A stretch of DNA of 63,835 bases, the filler included, from Octopus bimaculoides (taxonomy: Eukaryota): the NCBI RefSeq assembly GCF_001194135.2. It is 6 parts of 4 records of this genome, joined end to end, with 100 filler letters (N's around TTAATTAATTAA, not from the genome) between each part and the next. Parts side by side here need not be neighbours in the genome. Positions count along the whole stretch, not along the records: positions 1 to 30,505 come from NC_068982.1; positions 30,606 to 42,509 come from NC_068988.1; 4 more parts are not named here. One strand, given 5' to 3'. Within the stretch, counting starts at the first letter, position 1. Each line of letters starts with the position of its first letter. The notes under the pieces are model-generated. The model saw only the letters and a program-made list of their open reading frames with translations, did not search any database and was not told the DNA's origin. The translations under genes and the position numbers were made by a program. Shown piece after piece: positions 24,895-38,375 of the stretch.

Positions 24895-25675
24895 TAAATG
24901 CATTTACTGCGTTTGTGCATATTCGAGTGTGCGTGCGCATGCGTCTTACGCAGCAAAGAGTATATCCATGAGCATTATCATTTCTATTTCCATACCAAAA
25001 TTTTACTCTAGCGTGCAAAAAAAATATCCTATTCATGATTGTCCTTTCATCGGAAGATTTATGAGGTTCCTTTCTTTAGAAACAGACCTACTTCTTTGGA
25101 AAAAGAAAAAAAACAACAAATTATTGCTTTCAACCTGAATATATCAAAGTTTTTGCATTCAACAGTTACATTTCTCTACATCCAATTAGATTCACTCAGG
25201 AATAGAGAAATTCTTCAGAATAGAGATAACATCACGCATATTATTTAATTCTTGAATAACTTATATATATTTTTATTTATCTCTGTGACTTTTGCGGACA
25301 ACAAAACACCAATTGTCATCTTTCATCGTGATCCACAGGAATGGTGAGATTGTAGTTGTTTGTTGTAGAAGAGGAGAGAACTGAATCAATGTATACGGGT
25401 TTAGACTATCTCCTAATAGATGCGAATTTGAGGGTACTCAACTGGGTTCCGCCGGCTCTTCGAAGAGGATGGTGTCTTCCTAAGGGTCGTAGCTAAGCGA
25501 GATGTGAATTTGTGTAGCTGTGTATATATGGGTATGCATGCATACATGCATTTATGTATGTACATATGCATGTATGTAAGTATTTGTGTAGCTGCACGTA
25601 TGTGTGTGTGTCTGTGTGTCTGTTTCCCTGTGTATTTGTGCCTTGGGTATATCCATGTGTGTGTTTTTGTATGTG

Positions 25676-25709
<34 letters not shown>

Positions 25710-25718
25710 AGTGTGTGT

Positions 25719-25756
<38 letters not shown>

Positions 25757-25789
25757 ATATGTATATGTATATATATATCTTTTATCTTT

Positions 25790-25990
25790 TACTGGTTGCA
25801 GTGACGTAGACTGCGGCCATGCTGAAGCACAGCCTTGAATTTTTAGTCGAATGAATCGACCCCATGATTTATTTTTTTAAAGCCTGGTACTTATTCTATC
25901 GGTGTGTTTGCCCGAACCGCTAAGTTACAGAGACACAAACACACCAACATCGATCGTCAAGTGATGATGGTGGGGACAAATACAGACACA
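25790..25990. mobile_element. SINE family B copy
   Basis: gactgcggccatgctgaagcacagcc...tacttattctatcgg..gaaccgctaagttac. Confidence 0.85.
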
Positions 25991-26029
25991 ATGATAAACA
26001 CACATAGAAATACATATATATATACACAT

Positions 26030-26190
26030 GCGACGGGCTTCTTTCAGTTTCCATCTACCAAATTAACTTAAAAGGCCTAGGTCGAGCCAACGCTATAGTA
26101 GAAGGCACATGCCCAAGATGCCACGCAGTGGGACTGAAACTGCAGCCATGTGGATGGGGAGTAAGCTTCTTACCACACATCTGCGCCTGT
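26030..26190 (-). mobile_element. SINE family A copy
   Basis: Reverse complement of family A. Confidence 0.8.
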
Positions 26191-26279
26191 GGCTATGAAT
26201 GTGTACGGGTTTGGAGTATCACCTGATAGGTTGGGGGCTGTATACACCTACATACATATATATATATATATAAATAAAT

Positions 26280-26476
26280 AATAAATGAGTATATGTATAT
26301 ATACGTACATGTATGTACATACCTATATCTACCTGTATATATAGATGCATATCTAGGTACAGGACATTGCAAACAAAACGTAGACAAAATGATAAACAAG
26401 TACAGAAAACACACACGCCACATAGAGAACATTTCCTTCATCAGCTGCCACCATTCAACACTGGCGTTTCAAAGAG
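26280..26476. repeat. Dispersed repeat, copy 1 (homologous to 55345-55615), truncated next to a mariner
   Basis: Shares gtacaggacattgca..aaacgtagac..gccacatagagaacatt..cagct..aacac(c/t)ggcgtttc with 55345-55615. Confidence 0.8.
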
Positions 26477-26492
26477 ATTAAAGTACTGAGCT

Positions 26493-27110
26493 TACGAGGG
26501 GTACCCAAAAGAAATCGAACTTTTGCAATATTATTTTATTTGCTTTGTTTTACATATTTACACTTTTATTGCCTTCAAAGTTTTCTCCATTTGAGGCAAT
26601 GCATCAGTCCAGACGCGTTTTCTACTGTTCGCAACAATCCTGGAACTCTTGTGAAGCGATGTCGTTTAACGGCTCTGTCGTTTCTTTTCTTCACGTCTTC
26701 CACAAAACATTTTCCTGTAAGAACTTTTCTCATGCAGAGGAACAAAAACAAGTGCTAGGGAGCACGGTCAGGTGAATAGGGAGGCTGGCTAAGCGGGGTC
26801 ACGCATTCAATCATGACTGCTTTTGTTCTTCTATGAGCAAGCGAGGCACCCATTTTTGCTGTAACTCTTTTCCTTCTCAATTTCTCGCCCAGAATTTGTT
26901 GGCAGGAGCTCCGGGATATTCCAGTCGTATCAACAAGTTCGTAAATTATTCGCCGACGGTTCTTCATGCATTTTCGGGATGTTCTCATTCGTGCGGTGAG
27001 TTGACGGTCTCCCCGAACGATATTAGTCTTCAAGCGACAAGTGACCATTCCTAAAGCGTGAAAACCACTCGTAAACTGTTTCGGCCAACCTTTTTTCCCC
27101 AGCTGCCACA
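26493..27110 (-). mobile_element. Internally deleted mariner, 3' part with one TIR
   Basis: NRRRIIYELVDTTGISRSSCQQILGEKL..RVTAK joined directly to LSQPPYSPDRAP. The terminal TA-CGAGGGGTACCCAAAAG is TIR-like. Confidence 0.85.
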
Positions 27111-27303
27111 TTGTTAATTATTGAGTGGGCCAAGATATAGGAGGACAGAGTGTATGTCTCTGTCTGCTCGCAACTAGAGAGTTATCTAAAACAGTTAACG
27201 AATGCAAGTAACAGCTTTGGAATTTTTGTGAATATGTACAAATGTATACAAAAACACATACGTTCATTCATACATACACAAACACATATGCTCACGCACA
27301 AAT

Positions 27304-27381
<78 letters not shown>

Positions 27382-28134
27382 TATAAGTGTATAAGCTTTA
27401 GAATGATAAGAGAATCATAGAAATTAACGACAAAATGCAAGACCTAATCAAGCGTGAAAACAGTGATACAAACACCCAAAGAAAGTTTTTTTTCTAACAC
27501 GCTAGCTCTCTAAGAGCTAAAATTTAATGAAAGTGCTTAACTTTGGAGAGGTTATTACATCAACCTCATTGTTATTGTGGATAAAGATAAATGTATTTCT
27601 AAAACATTTAATATACTTTACGGTAACAGAGATTTCATCAAAATTAAGACCGATAATACTATTCAACTAAGGATTAAATTCGATAAATCATTGCAACAAA
27701 GGCTCAAATAGGTTCTATCACTTTCCAGTACGTAGAATGAGTTTAATCTTGTTCACATCTGTGGCACTGTTAAGACGCACAAATCTAATAACTCTCTAAG
27801 ACTACCACAATTCCATAATCTCCCAAATCGTTATAATCACGCATAGAATCGTTAAAACATAAGATAGCATCGTAAAAGAAATATTTTCTTGACAGACACG
27901 ATATTTAATCGCCTGATTAATTCCAATAAACTCTATAGGAAACTGATAAAAGTTATAAAATTTCCACCATGGATGTCTAAAGTCTTTTCAGCAACGTCCA
28001 AGTAACAGTATCTATGTAGATAGTTTTTACAAAATAAAACACCAGATGCATCGTGAAACATTCTTAAAAACCTCCTCTTTACTTGCGCAACAGCGCTTTC
28101 CTTCTGCTGCCAATAAGATGATTTGTCCACTTAG

Positions 28135-28249
28135 AAGACGAGGTGTCTCTTGGTGGCCCGCAGGGGCTCACGTTCATAGCAGGACAGTTATATATGGTTA
28201 ACGTGGATAAAAATGCCGTTCCCAAACATAATCTCATCATCTACAACAG
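28135..28249 (+). CDS. Candidate coding exon B (115 bp, phase 1/2): (E)DEVSLGGPQGLTFIAGQLYMVNVDKNAVPKHNLIIYN(R); possible HS2ST/UST/pipe-family sulfotransferase
   Basis: Acceptor tttgtccacttAG| and donor caacAG|GTACGT; open frame; GC-richer than its flanks. The C-terminal LIIYN(R) matches the strand before the 5'-PSB motif of HS2ST1 (VIIYNRVPK) and UST (VVYNRVGK). The family call rests on this short motif only. Confidence 0.5.
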
Positions 28250-28332
28250 GTACGTTGAACAGAGAGAGAAGGACATGCTGGTCGGTTTTAAGGAATTTGG
28301 AAAATAACTGCATCCTTAGGAGTGGATAGGCG

Positions 28333-28495
28333 TAGGAGTGGCTGTGTGGTAAGTAGCTTGCTTACCAACTACATGGTTCCGGGTTCAGTCCCACTGCGCG
28401 GCACCTTAGGCAAGTGTCTTCTACTATAGCCTCGGGTCGACCAAAGCCTTGTGAGTGGATTTGGTAGACGGAAACTGAAATAAGCCCGTCGTATA
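28333..28495 (+). mobile_element. SINE family A copy, well preserved
   Basis: Full match to the family A layout, 84 bp downstream of the candidate exon B donor. Confidence 0.88.
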
Positions 28496-29156
28496 TATGT
28501 ATNNNNNNNNNNNNNNNNNNNNNNNNNNNNNNNNNNNNNNNNNNNNNNNNNNNNNNNNNNNNNNNNNNNNNNNNNNNNNNNNNNNNNNNNNNNNNNNNNN
28601 NNNNNNNNNNNNNNNNNNNNNNNNNNNNNNNNNNNNNNNNNNNNNNNNNNNNNNNNNNNNNNNNNNNNNNNNNNNNNNNNNNNNNNNNNNNNNNNNNNNN
28701 NNNNNNNNNNNNNNNNNNNNNNNNNNNNNNNNNNNNNNNNNNNNNNNNNNNNNNNNNNNNNNNNNNNNNNNNNNNNNNNNNNNNNNNNNNNNNNNNNNNN
28801 NNNNNNNNNNNNNNNNNNNNNNNNNNNNNNNNNNNNNNNNNNNNNNNNNNNNNNNNNNNNNNNNNNNNNNNNNNNNNNNNNNNNNNNNNNNNNNNNNNNN
28901 NNNNNNNNNNNNNNNNNNNNNNNNNNNNNNNNNNNNNNNNNNNNNNNNNNNNNNNNNNNNNNNNNNNNNNNNNNNNNNNNNNNNNNNNNNNNNNNNNNNN
29001 NNNNNNNNNNNNNNNNNNNNNNNNNNNNNNNNNNNNNNNNNNNNNNNNNNNNNNNNNNNNNNNNNNNNNNNNNNNNNNNNNNNNNNNNNNNNNNNNNNNN
29101 NTTGCGCGTATAATAGAAATGATTATCATTATTATTATCATTATTATTATTATTAT

Positions 29157-29212
<56 letters not shown>

Positions 29213-29214
29213 AC

Positions 29215-29385
29215 AAAATGCTTAGCGGCATTTCGTCCTTCTGAGTCCAAATACCACCGAAGTCGACTTTGCCTTTCATCCCTTTTGAGATCGATAAAAT
29301 AAGTACCAGTTGTACACTAGTGTCGATTAACTGACTCATACACTCCACCGAAATTGCTGGCCTTGTGCCTATAGCAGAAAGGGTC
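29215..29385 (+). mobile_element. SINE family C copy (central block resembles the Meta domain)
   Basis: gagt.caaat.cc.ccga.gtcgactttgcctttcatcc...gatcgataaaataagtaccag, then a (TTA)n tail. Confidence 0.82.
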
Positions 29386-29389
29386 ATTA

Positions 29390-29443
<54 letters not shown>

Positions 29444-29449
29444 CATCAT

Positions 29450-29830
29450 ATTGGCTTCAGATTTTGGCACAATTTTGGGGTAGGAGTCTAGTCGATTACA
29501 TTGACCCCAATGTCTTATTGGTATCTAATTTATCGACTCCGAACTTATGAAAGGCAAAGTCGAATTCGGTGGAATTCGGTGCTAATGATTCTGCCAAGCT
29601 CGCCGCCTTAACAATAATGGTAGTAAAAGTCGTTTCTACTATAGGCATACGGCCTGAAATTTTGAGGGAGGAGGCCAGTCGATTACATCGACCCTGTTGC
29701 GTAACTTGTACTTTGTTTATCGAACGGCAAAATTCGGCCACGGTGGAATTTGAACTTAGAACATAAGAACGGACGAAATGCGGTAAGCATATTGCCTGGT
29801 CTGCTAACGATATTGCCAGCCCACCGCCTT
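29450..29830 (-). mobile_element. Two SINE family C copies in tandem
   Basis: Two reverse-complement family C units. Confidence 0.78.
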
Positions 29831-30410
29831 AACAATAATGACGATGATGATGGAAATGTTCTCTGGTTAACCGTCTCATTATATTTCGGGTTTGGCTACT
29901 CTACATTCAGGTCTTTATTCTATACAAGAGATATTGGTTATAAGAGGAACATAAGCCGCATCCACATTATGGTACATATTATGCAATAAAGAAAAATAAA
30001 GATAGCAAAAAAAGAAAGTTAATCACTTAGATCTGTCGTTTTTTACTGAGCGATTCTTGGTATCGGAGAAGCCATGAAAATTTCACATTCCACAAAGGAT
30101 GCGTATGAAAATTTAAGACTCCCCGACAGATACGTCTTTATATTCTATAATATAATAATCATGAATTGCAATTCGCGTGAAAAAGAGAAGAAAATAGCTC
30201 TTATATATCATTATTATTAGGCAGATTTTCGATTTGGTCTAAATTGTAATTCATATGTTCAGATGTTCGATAAAAAACGTAGAAGATAACCTCATGCGTG
30301 TATATGTGCGTGTCTGAGTCATGTATGCATGCACACTAACATACACACACACAAACACACACGTACACACATACACACACACACATGTGTGTGTGTATGT
30401 ATGTGATTGG

Positions 30411-30447
<37 letters not shown>

Positions 30448-30750
30448 TGTATGTGTGTGTGTGATACCCATATATATATGTATATGGATATATGTGTGTG
30501 TGTGTNNNNNNNNNNNNNNNNNNNNNNNNNNNNNNNNNNNNNNNNNNNNTTAATTAATTAANNNNNNNNNNNNNNNNNNNNNNNNNNNNNNNNNNNNNNN
30601 NNNNNAATAATAATAATGACAATAATAATAATAAGAATAAGAATAATTTTATGATAGTATATCATTATAAACATTTTTGCAAATTTTTCTTCTTTATTCG
30701 CTCTCCTTCCCTCGCTCATCGTATCTCTCTGCGTATATTATATCTGTCTG

Positions 30751-30817
<67 letters not shown>

Positions 30818-30818
30818 C

Positions 30819-30849
<31 letters not shown>

Positions 30850-31335
30850 GTGCAAACGAAAGAAGGTAGCACTTAAGACATCTGTTTGGAGTTACGTGTA
30901 TCTAGTAACAGTTTAACAAAGCGCCAACGTTTCGTGGGCGCGTAGAACATGTCCATCACATTACATGTTTAGAGAAAGAGCGTCTACGCACATCTGATGA
31001 GATATATGTCATATGAAGCAGAGTCAAACAGTAAAAGTTTGGAATAACTTCGGAATTTCCGGTTAGTTACCTTCCCAGTTTGACGATGACTAAACCGAAA
31101 CATGGAAGTCACTGACAGACTTTTCTTTCTAAAAATCATACACATACACACATATCTATATATGCATAAACAAATATTTATCGATTCCTCTTCTATATGC
31201 TTGCAAATTAGTATTATTATTTTGTTTTAGATTAATTATATAAGCAATAAATCTTCAATATTCTAACTTAATCAATACAAAGACATTTAGTCATGTAAAT
31301 TTCTCACTTTTATTATTCGTAATCAGGTCTTTATA

Positions 31336-31384
<49 letters not shown>

Positions 31385-33430
31385 TGATCAAAAGGCAAAA
31401 GATCCCATCACCTTTAAACTGAATCTGGACAAATTTTTTTTATATATATACGCATACATATTGGCTATGTTCCTTTACAAAAGCATAATGGTGCTCAATG
31501 TTTTCATACATTGCAAGAATTGCGTAAATGCATATATGTTTTAATTCATATAACATAATTAGGGATTACATATGTCGTTCGCCTGGTCATCCATGCATAT
31601 CATTACATCTACTATATAGCACAATATCTATAAAAAGAACTGACACTGAAAGCAAAGCTAAAATTTAATCCAAACGTTAATGTTTACTATTACATTAAGT
31701 GAAGTTATTCCCCTAAGAAAAAAATGTTCTTTATCAGCTGTTAATGTCATTTTCCAGCTGTTAATGTCATTTTCCTGAGAGTTACAGTGTCTCTGTTAAT
31801 TAATGAAACAGCGAGGATTCCTCGCCATTTTGAATTAAGGTATATTTTTTTCCATTATAGGCTGACATAGGCGTTTGATAGATTGAACACTGCTCGAACT
31901 TAAAAGGATATTATTTTTATATTTGCTTCAGTTATTGGACTGCAGCCATACTAAGACAACGCCTTGAAGTTTTAAGTAGAGCAAATGGTCTTATTTTATT
32001 GGTTCCTTTTTGTCGACCCGCTAACTACGGGTACAATTGTAAGCTCAACATTCTAAAAACGTGACCATTCTCCTTCACTATACATACATATATTTATCTA
32101 TATGTATATAATATAACAATATGTATCAAATAATTACATATATTTATCTACATGTATGCATATACATACATACGTACATGCATACACACACACATATCTG
32201 ATTAATGGGGAATGGCAGAATGGAAGCATGCCCAGCATGCATCCACAACTAACTTGCACAGAATGAGCGATAGCTCATTTTAAATTAAGACAATGATGAT
32301 GATGATGTTGTACTCTGAAATGAGAATACTCATTTGTCTCATCATTTATTCTACTTTTATCAATTCAGAGCGAATGCACGGAGCCTAGTAGATAAGATGT
32401 TTTAATCCTGATCATAACGTTGTCGGTTCTACCGACGGTACGATGCGTCCTTAGACAAGACTCTTCACTTCACGTTGTTCTTATCTACTTAGCTGTAATA
32501 ATTATCGGCCAAGTGGGTGTTGATACAGGCTCGCACTTTCTTCAGTTGTGACGTCCCTGAGAGAATGTCTTTGTTTGCATGCGGCTACATAAGCAGCTAA
32601 AACAAGTAGTGAAACCGTGGTACATCTCTACCAATTCATACTCGCTCGTAAGTGACGGATGGTTGTCTTTTGTTCATTTCAATTGGTGAATTCAACCAAT
32701 ACTTCAGACGTGGATTTGTCTACCTTTCCTTCTTTCTTTTCGAATATGTCTGCTAAATCTCACCTCTCACCTCATTTATGGAATTTAAAGATAAAATGAA
32801 TATAAGAAGACAATTACAATTGCTATGATACGATATGAAAGATAGACGAGAGTATATCGCCATATATTGTCCGTCCATTCGTTATAATAGCTAATACAAT
32901 TCGTATCATTTTGAACAATACTGAGAACATTATGGAATGTTCCCAATCAGAGTAATTTTCTAAGCATAATGGAAACCACTTAAAACAAGATTCCAGTGTC
33001 TTGACACGGACATATCGCTGTGTCACTGACAATGTACGAACTACTGGCCCATCGCTTGTTTTACAGACATCTTATCGATCTGGCCAACGTATTTCTATAC
33101 AAATGTAGACATAGATGAATGCAACAGCCATAAATGTACGTACCGATATATCTATTATTCCACACGTTTAAATAACCACATCTGTAGATTACCCTTGAGT
33201 ATATGCATCTCTGTTTGAAAATGTGTATCAGTATATATATATATGTGCATCTGTGTGTGGTGTGTTCGTCTGTGTGTTTGTGAACATGTACAGATGCTGT
33301 TATTCGAATTTGCGTAAGCTATAAACGTTAGCATTATTTGGAACATTTAATTTTTGTATTTTTGCCTTTTGTCTCACTCTCTCACCCCCTTTCTTCATTT
33401 TACCTGCTTTGTGTAACACACACACACACA

Positions 33431-33472
<42 letters not shown>

Positions 33473-33605
33473 AACACATGCGCACACATGCAAGGGTATA
33501 TATGCATATCTATCTGCATGTATACATAAATAGGTTTGTATAGTCAAGGCAACATGCAAAAACAGAACACAACGCACATAGAAATAAATGTATATATATA
33601 GGTAT

Positions 33606-33660
<55 letters not shown>

Positions 33661-33798
33661 NNNNNNNNNNNNNNNNNNNNNNNNNNNNNNNNNNNNNNNN
33701 NNNNNNNNNNNNNNNNNNNNNNNNNNNNNNNNNNNNNNNNNNNNNNNNNNNNNNNNNNNNNNNNNNNNNNNNNNNNNNNNNNNNNNNNNNNNNNNNNN

Positions 33799-33845
<47 letters not shown>

Positions 33846-35689
33846 CATATATATGTATATAGCTATTCATATATAAATGTATATATATATATATAGATAT
33901 ATACATGCCTATATACATACACACACATATATATATGCATATATATATACACATATATACACACACACATATATGTGTGAGTGTGTGTGTGTGTGTCCTT
34001 TCACAATTGCATGGTGTTATTTCCTCAGGTGTAGAAACTTAGATAAGTGGAACGCTATAAAACAGCTACAATTGGGAATTGCCTCCCGCCCAAAACAGAA
34101 TGAACTAAAAAGAAACGTACAGCAACTAAGCAAGCAAAGGAAAAGACAAATAAAATGAATAATAAAACAATGTACGTAATGTTTATACACAGGAAATGGA
34201 AGTTGAAAGCTGAAGATTGCAACTGGTATAGCGAAAAGGAAGATTGGATGAAAGCAGAATCTCTTTTAAAATCGACGGCGATGACGAAATTAAGAGTTTC
34301 TTATAAATTTTGTAATCGCCGTTAATTTCGATCAGTGATATATGTATGTATGTATTATGTAATCATATGCATATATATATATATATATATANNNNNNNNN
34401 NNNNNNNNNNNNNNNNNNNNNNNNNNNNNNNNNNNNNNNNNNNNNNNNNNNNNNNNNNNNNNNNNNNNNNNNNNNNNNNNNNNNNNNNNNNNNNNNNNNN
34501 NNNNNNNNNNNNNNNNNNNNNNNNNNNNNNNNNNNNNNNNNNNNNNNNNNNNNNNNNNNNNNNNNNNNNNNNNNNNNNNNNNNNNNNNNNNNNNNNNNNN
34601 NNNNNNNNNNNNNNNNNNNNNNNNNNNNNNNNNNNNNNNNNNNNNNNNNNNNNNNNNNNNNNNNNNNNNNNNNNNNNNNNNNNNNNNNNNNNNNNNNNNN
34701 NNNNNNNNNNNNNNNNNNNNNNNNNNNNNNNNNNNNNNNNNNNNNNNNNNNNNNNNNNNNNNNNNNNNNNNNNNNNNNNNNNNNNNNNNNNNNNNNNNNN
34801 NNNNNNNNNNNNNNNNNNNNNNNNNNNNNNNNNNNNNNNNNNNNNNNNNNNNNNNNNNNNNNNNNNNNNNNNNNNNNNNNNNNNNNNNNNNNNNNNNNNN
34901 NNNNNNNNNNNNNNNNNNNNNNNNNNNNNNNNNNNNNNNNNNNNNNNNNNNNNNNNNNNNNNNNNNNNNNNNNNNNNNNNNNNNNNNNNNNNNNNNNNNN
35001 NNNNNNNNNNNNNNNNNNNNNNNNNNNNNNNNNNNNNNNNNNNNNNNNNNNNNNNNNNNNNNNNNNNNNNNNNNNNNNNNNNNNNNNNNNNNNNNNNNNN
35101 NNNNNNNNNNNNNNNNNNNNNNNNNNNNNNNNNNNNNNNNNNNNNNNNNNNNNNNNNNNNNNNNNNNNNNNNNNNNNNNNNNNNNNNNNNNNNNNNNNNN
35201 NNNNNNNNNNNNNNNNNNNNNNNNNNNNNNNNNNNNNNNNNNNNNNNNNNNNNNNNNNNNNNNNNNNNNNNNNNNNNNNNNNNNNNNNNNNNNNNNNNNN
35301 NNNTTTTGTTATTGATTTTATGGTTTTCTCTTTTTGCCCTTCCCGCTTTTCTCGAATCGGGTCCTGTAAGGTATAATGAAATTCTTTCCAACCATGTCAT
35401 TTCCGTTGTGCTTTTTGGATATAGTGTACCGCGCAATACACGATATAATTTCCATAGATTTTTCAAGCTTTATGTATTTCTTTTTATGGATCTTTCCATA
35501 TGTTTCGCCGATTTGTGTTGCAATTGTTTGGTTCACTGTACTTCGTTGCTTGTTAAATAAAACTGCAAATGGTTGAGCATTCCATCCTATGATTGTTTTC
35601 GAAACACAATCCTCGTGGAAATTCCATGTGATACACTGTGAGTATTACACTGAATCTCTATGAGAATCATGTGTGATAAGGCTGGACTT

Positions 35690-35830
35690 TATGGCTGTAT
35701 GGTGAAGATGCTCGCTTTGCAGCCATTTGATTTCAAGTTCACTCCTACTTCGTGGCATTTTGGGCAAGTGTCTTCTTCTGTATCTTCGGACCAATCAACC
35801 GATACCTTGTAATTTGGGAAGAAGAGAAAC
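35690..35830 (+). mobile_element. SINE family A degenerate copy
   Basis: gtggcattttgggcaagtgtcttct... Confidence 0.6.
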
Positions 35831-35850
35831 TGTGTGGAAGCTCGTTGTAA

Positions 35851-35918
<68 letters not shown>

Positions 35919-36004
35919 GTGTGTGTGTGTGTGTGTATGTGCATGTGTGTGCGTTTGTTCCGCATCAGCTTGAAAAACGGTATTAGTTTGTTTATATTTC
36001 CATA

Positions 36005-36150
36005 ACGTATCGGTTCGGCATAAGAGACCGATAAAATAAGTTTCAGACATAAAAATATATGTTAGTACTGGGGTTGATATTTTTCTACTAAAACCAATCT
36101 ATGCAGTGCTCCAGCATAGCCGCATTCCAGTGATTGAAACAAATACAAAG
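36005..36150. mobile_element. SINE family B copy (reverse)
   Basis: ggttcggcataagagaccgataaaataag...ccagcatagccgca. Confidence 0.75.
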
Positions 36151-36439
36151 TTAAAAGATAATTCACTTTATGTAAAATTTGCCTCTACCCAATTCCCCAC
36201 ACAAGGCTAGGATCTGCCTGAGTCTATAGTAAAATAAATGGATGGGCGTACTGGACAATTAAGAATTAGTCATGCAGAAAGATTGGATCGATATTAATAG
36301 TACATTAGTGGTCATAATATTTCTCAAAGCTAACCTGGGATTAAACATCCTCGTAACGACCATCATCAACAACAATGAGGAAGTATTTAAGTGTCCCATC
36401 AATTACCAAAATTGAGGAAATGTATTGGTTTCAAAATTT

Positions 36440-36800
36440 GACATAAGGTCAGCAGTTTGGAGAGTCGGGTTAAGTCGATTATATCGACACCAGTGATCAA
36501 CTGTTATTTATTTTATAGACCCCAAAAAAATGAAAGGCATAGTCGACCTTGGTGGAATTTGATCTCAGAACTTAAAGACGGACAGAATGCCGCTGAACAT
36601 TTTGCCCAGCATGAAAACGATTCTGCCAGCTCGCCAAAATATTAAGGCTTTCTAATCGTAGCGTAATTCGACAATTGTTTTGAGAGGAACACATATTGCT
36701 TGTCTATCATATTTGCCCCAGTTACTGACTGGTATTTTATTTTATGGAATCCTATGACATGAATGGTTAAAGTTGACTTTGGTGGGATTTAAACAAAGTA
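36440..36800 (-). mobile_element. Two SINE family C copies
   Basis: aaaggcatagtcgaccttggtggaatttga and aaagttgactttggtgggattt blocks. Confidence 0.75.
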
Positions 36801-36954
36801 ACGCCATTTTAAAAGATGTTTAACCACATCGAACTTTTTGATCACACTGTAATATTTGGCATCCGGAATGTCATTAAATACCACTAGGTATTTTTCTCTA
36901 TTCTCTACCAGTTCTGGGTTCTAATTGTTGTTAGTATTTAGCAAGCAGAAAGGC

Positions 36955-37250
36955 GAGGGTCGATAGAACAAGTACCAGTTGAGCACTGGGGTCAATGTAA
37001 TCGATTTACTCCATTTGTCGAAATTACTGTCCTTATGCCAAAACTTGAAACCAATATGTATGCTTAACAGCATTTCGTCCGTCCCTACTTTCTGAGTTCA
37101 AATTCCACCTAGGTGAACTTTGCCTTTCAGCCTTCCGGCATCAATAAAATAAGTACTAGTTGATCACTGGAGTCAATGTAATCAGCTTACTCCGTCCCAC
37201 GAACTTACTGACCTTGTGGCAACATTTCAAATCAATATTTAGCTTTTAGG
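36955..37250 (+). mobile_element. Two SINE family C copies
   Basis: gtcgatagaacaagtaccag and gagttcaaattccacc...tcaataaaataagtactag blocks. Confidence 0.75.
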
Positions 37251-37980
37251 TCAGTCTTAATCGACTCTACTCAGGACTGCCTTTGCAGCATTAAAGGCTC
37301 CTGAGCAAATCAATGCACTGGCCCATATAGGATAAATTTATTGACAGCAAGATGCAGAATGCACAGATGAGAATTGGAACCCTACTCCGTGAAGCCCTTG
37401 AGCAGCTTTCCAGTATGACTCTCCGACTCTCCGACTCTCCCTTAAGATGGCCCTGAGTATATCTATGATCAAAACCATTCCAATCGTGGCCTCAACATGA
37501 TTTTTCTTATCTGGAGGGAAATTAGGCTCATATTATGCAATATGCCATTCTGAAAGACAGTAGTGTGTTATCTAAAGAAGATTTAACAGCTATTTTCTGC
37601 CAACAAAGCGACCTCGTGACAGCGGCATTGTTGTCGTCATATGGTATTCACTGTTTGTGGAGGAAGAAGCACGTATGCATCACAGTCCATTTGTAAAGAT
37701 AAAAACAATAATGGCTGTCATAAAGGAAACCTTTATTACGCAATGTTGACAGCTATTAGACGTTTTATCTATCTCTATGCCAATATATGTTTCTGCTAAA
37801 GTATCTTTAATTTATGATGTATGGAGATTTATGACGATTTTGAAGGACGTACATATTTTCCCGATTTCCTTTCTCAGACACTCACTTTATAATATACATA
37901 CAAATACACGCATATATATACATATACATGTATGTATTGGTATATACATACAGACAGACATATATATATAAATATGAATA

Positions 37981-38062
<82 letters not shown>

Positions 38063-38307
38063 TATACAGCTATATGTATGCATATATATGCCTATATATA
38101 TGTATATAAATACATGTATGCATATATAGGTGTGTGTATTTGTATGTATGTGTGTGTGTTTGTGTATTTGTGTATGTGTATGTATCAACACAACACAAAC
38201 ACACACATGCATGTAGCATTCCTTCTGCAATCATATGCATAGAAACAAATAGAGAAGGCAACAGAATGGGAAAGAAATGACATCCGAGAATGACAGATAG
38301 AGAAAAA

Positions 38308-38375
<68 letters not shown>

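Noticed and set aside
30550-30561. TTAATTAATTAA islands inside gaps (also 42554, 55661, 59942, 61908)
   Set aside because: Each is an identical palindromic 12-mer with stops in all six frames, centred in a 100-nt gap (44 N each side at 30550). This is a scaffolding spacer, not biology.
30985-31110. CTGATGAG...GAAG and TTGACGATG...CCGAAAC hammerhead-like fragments
   Set aside because: The cores are incomplete and helices I and II cannot be paired. At most these are decayed copies.
33108-33137. DIDECNSHKC, resembling the start of a calcium-binding EGF domain
   Set aside because: The remaining four cysteines are absent, the frame stops soon after, and no suitable donor exists. Likely chance.
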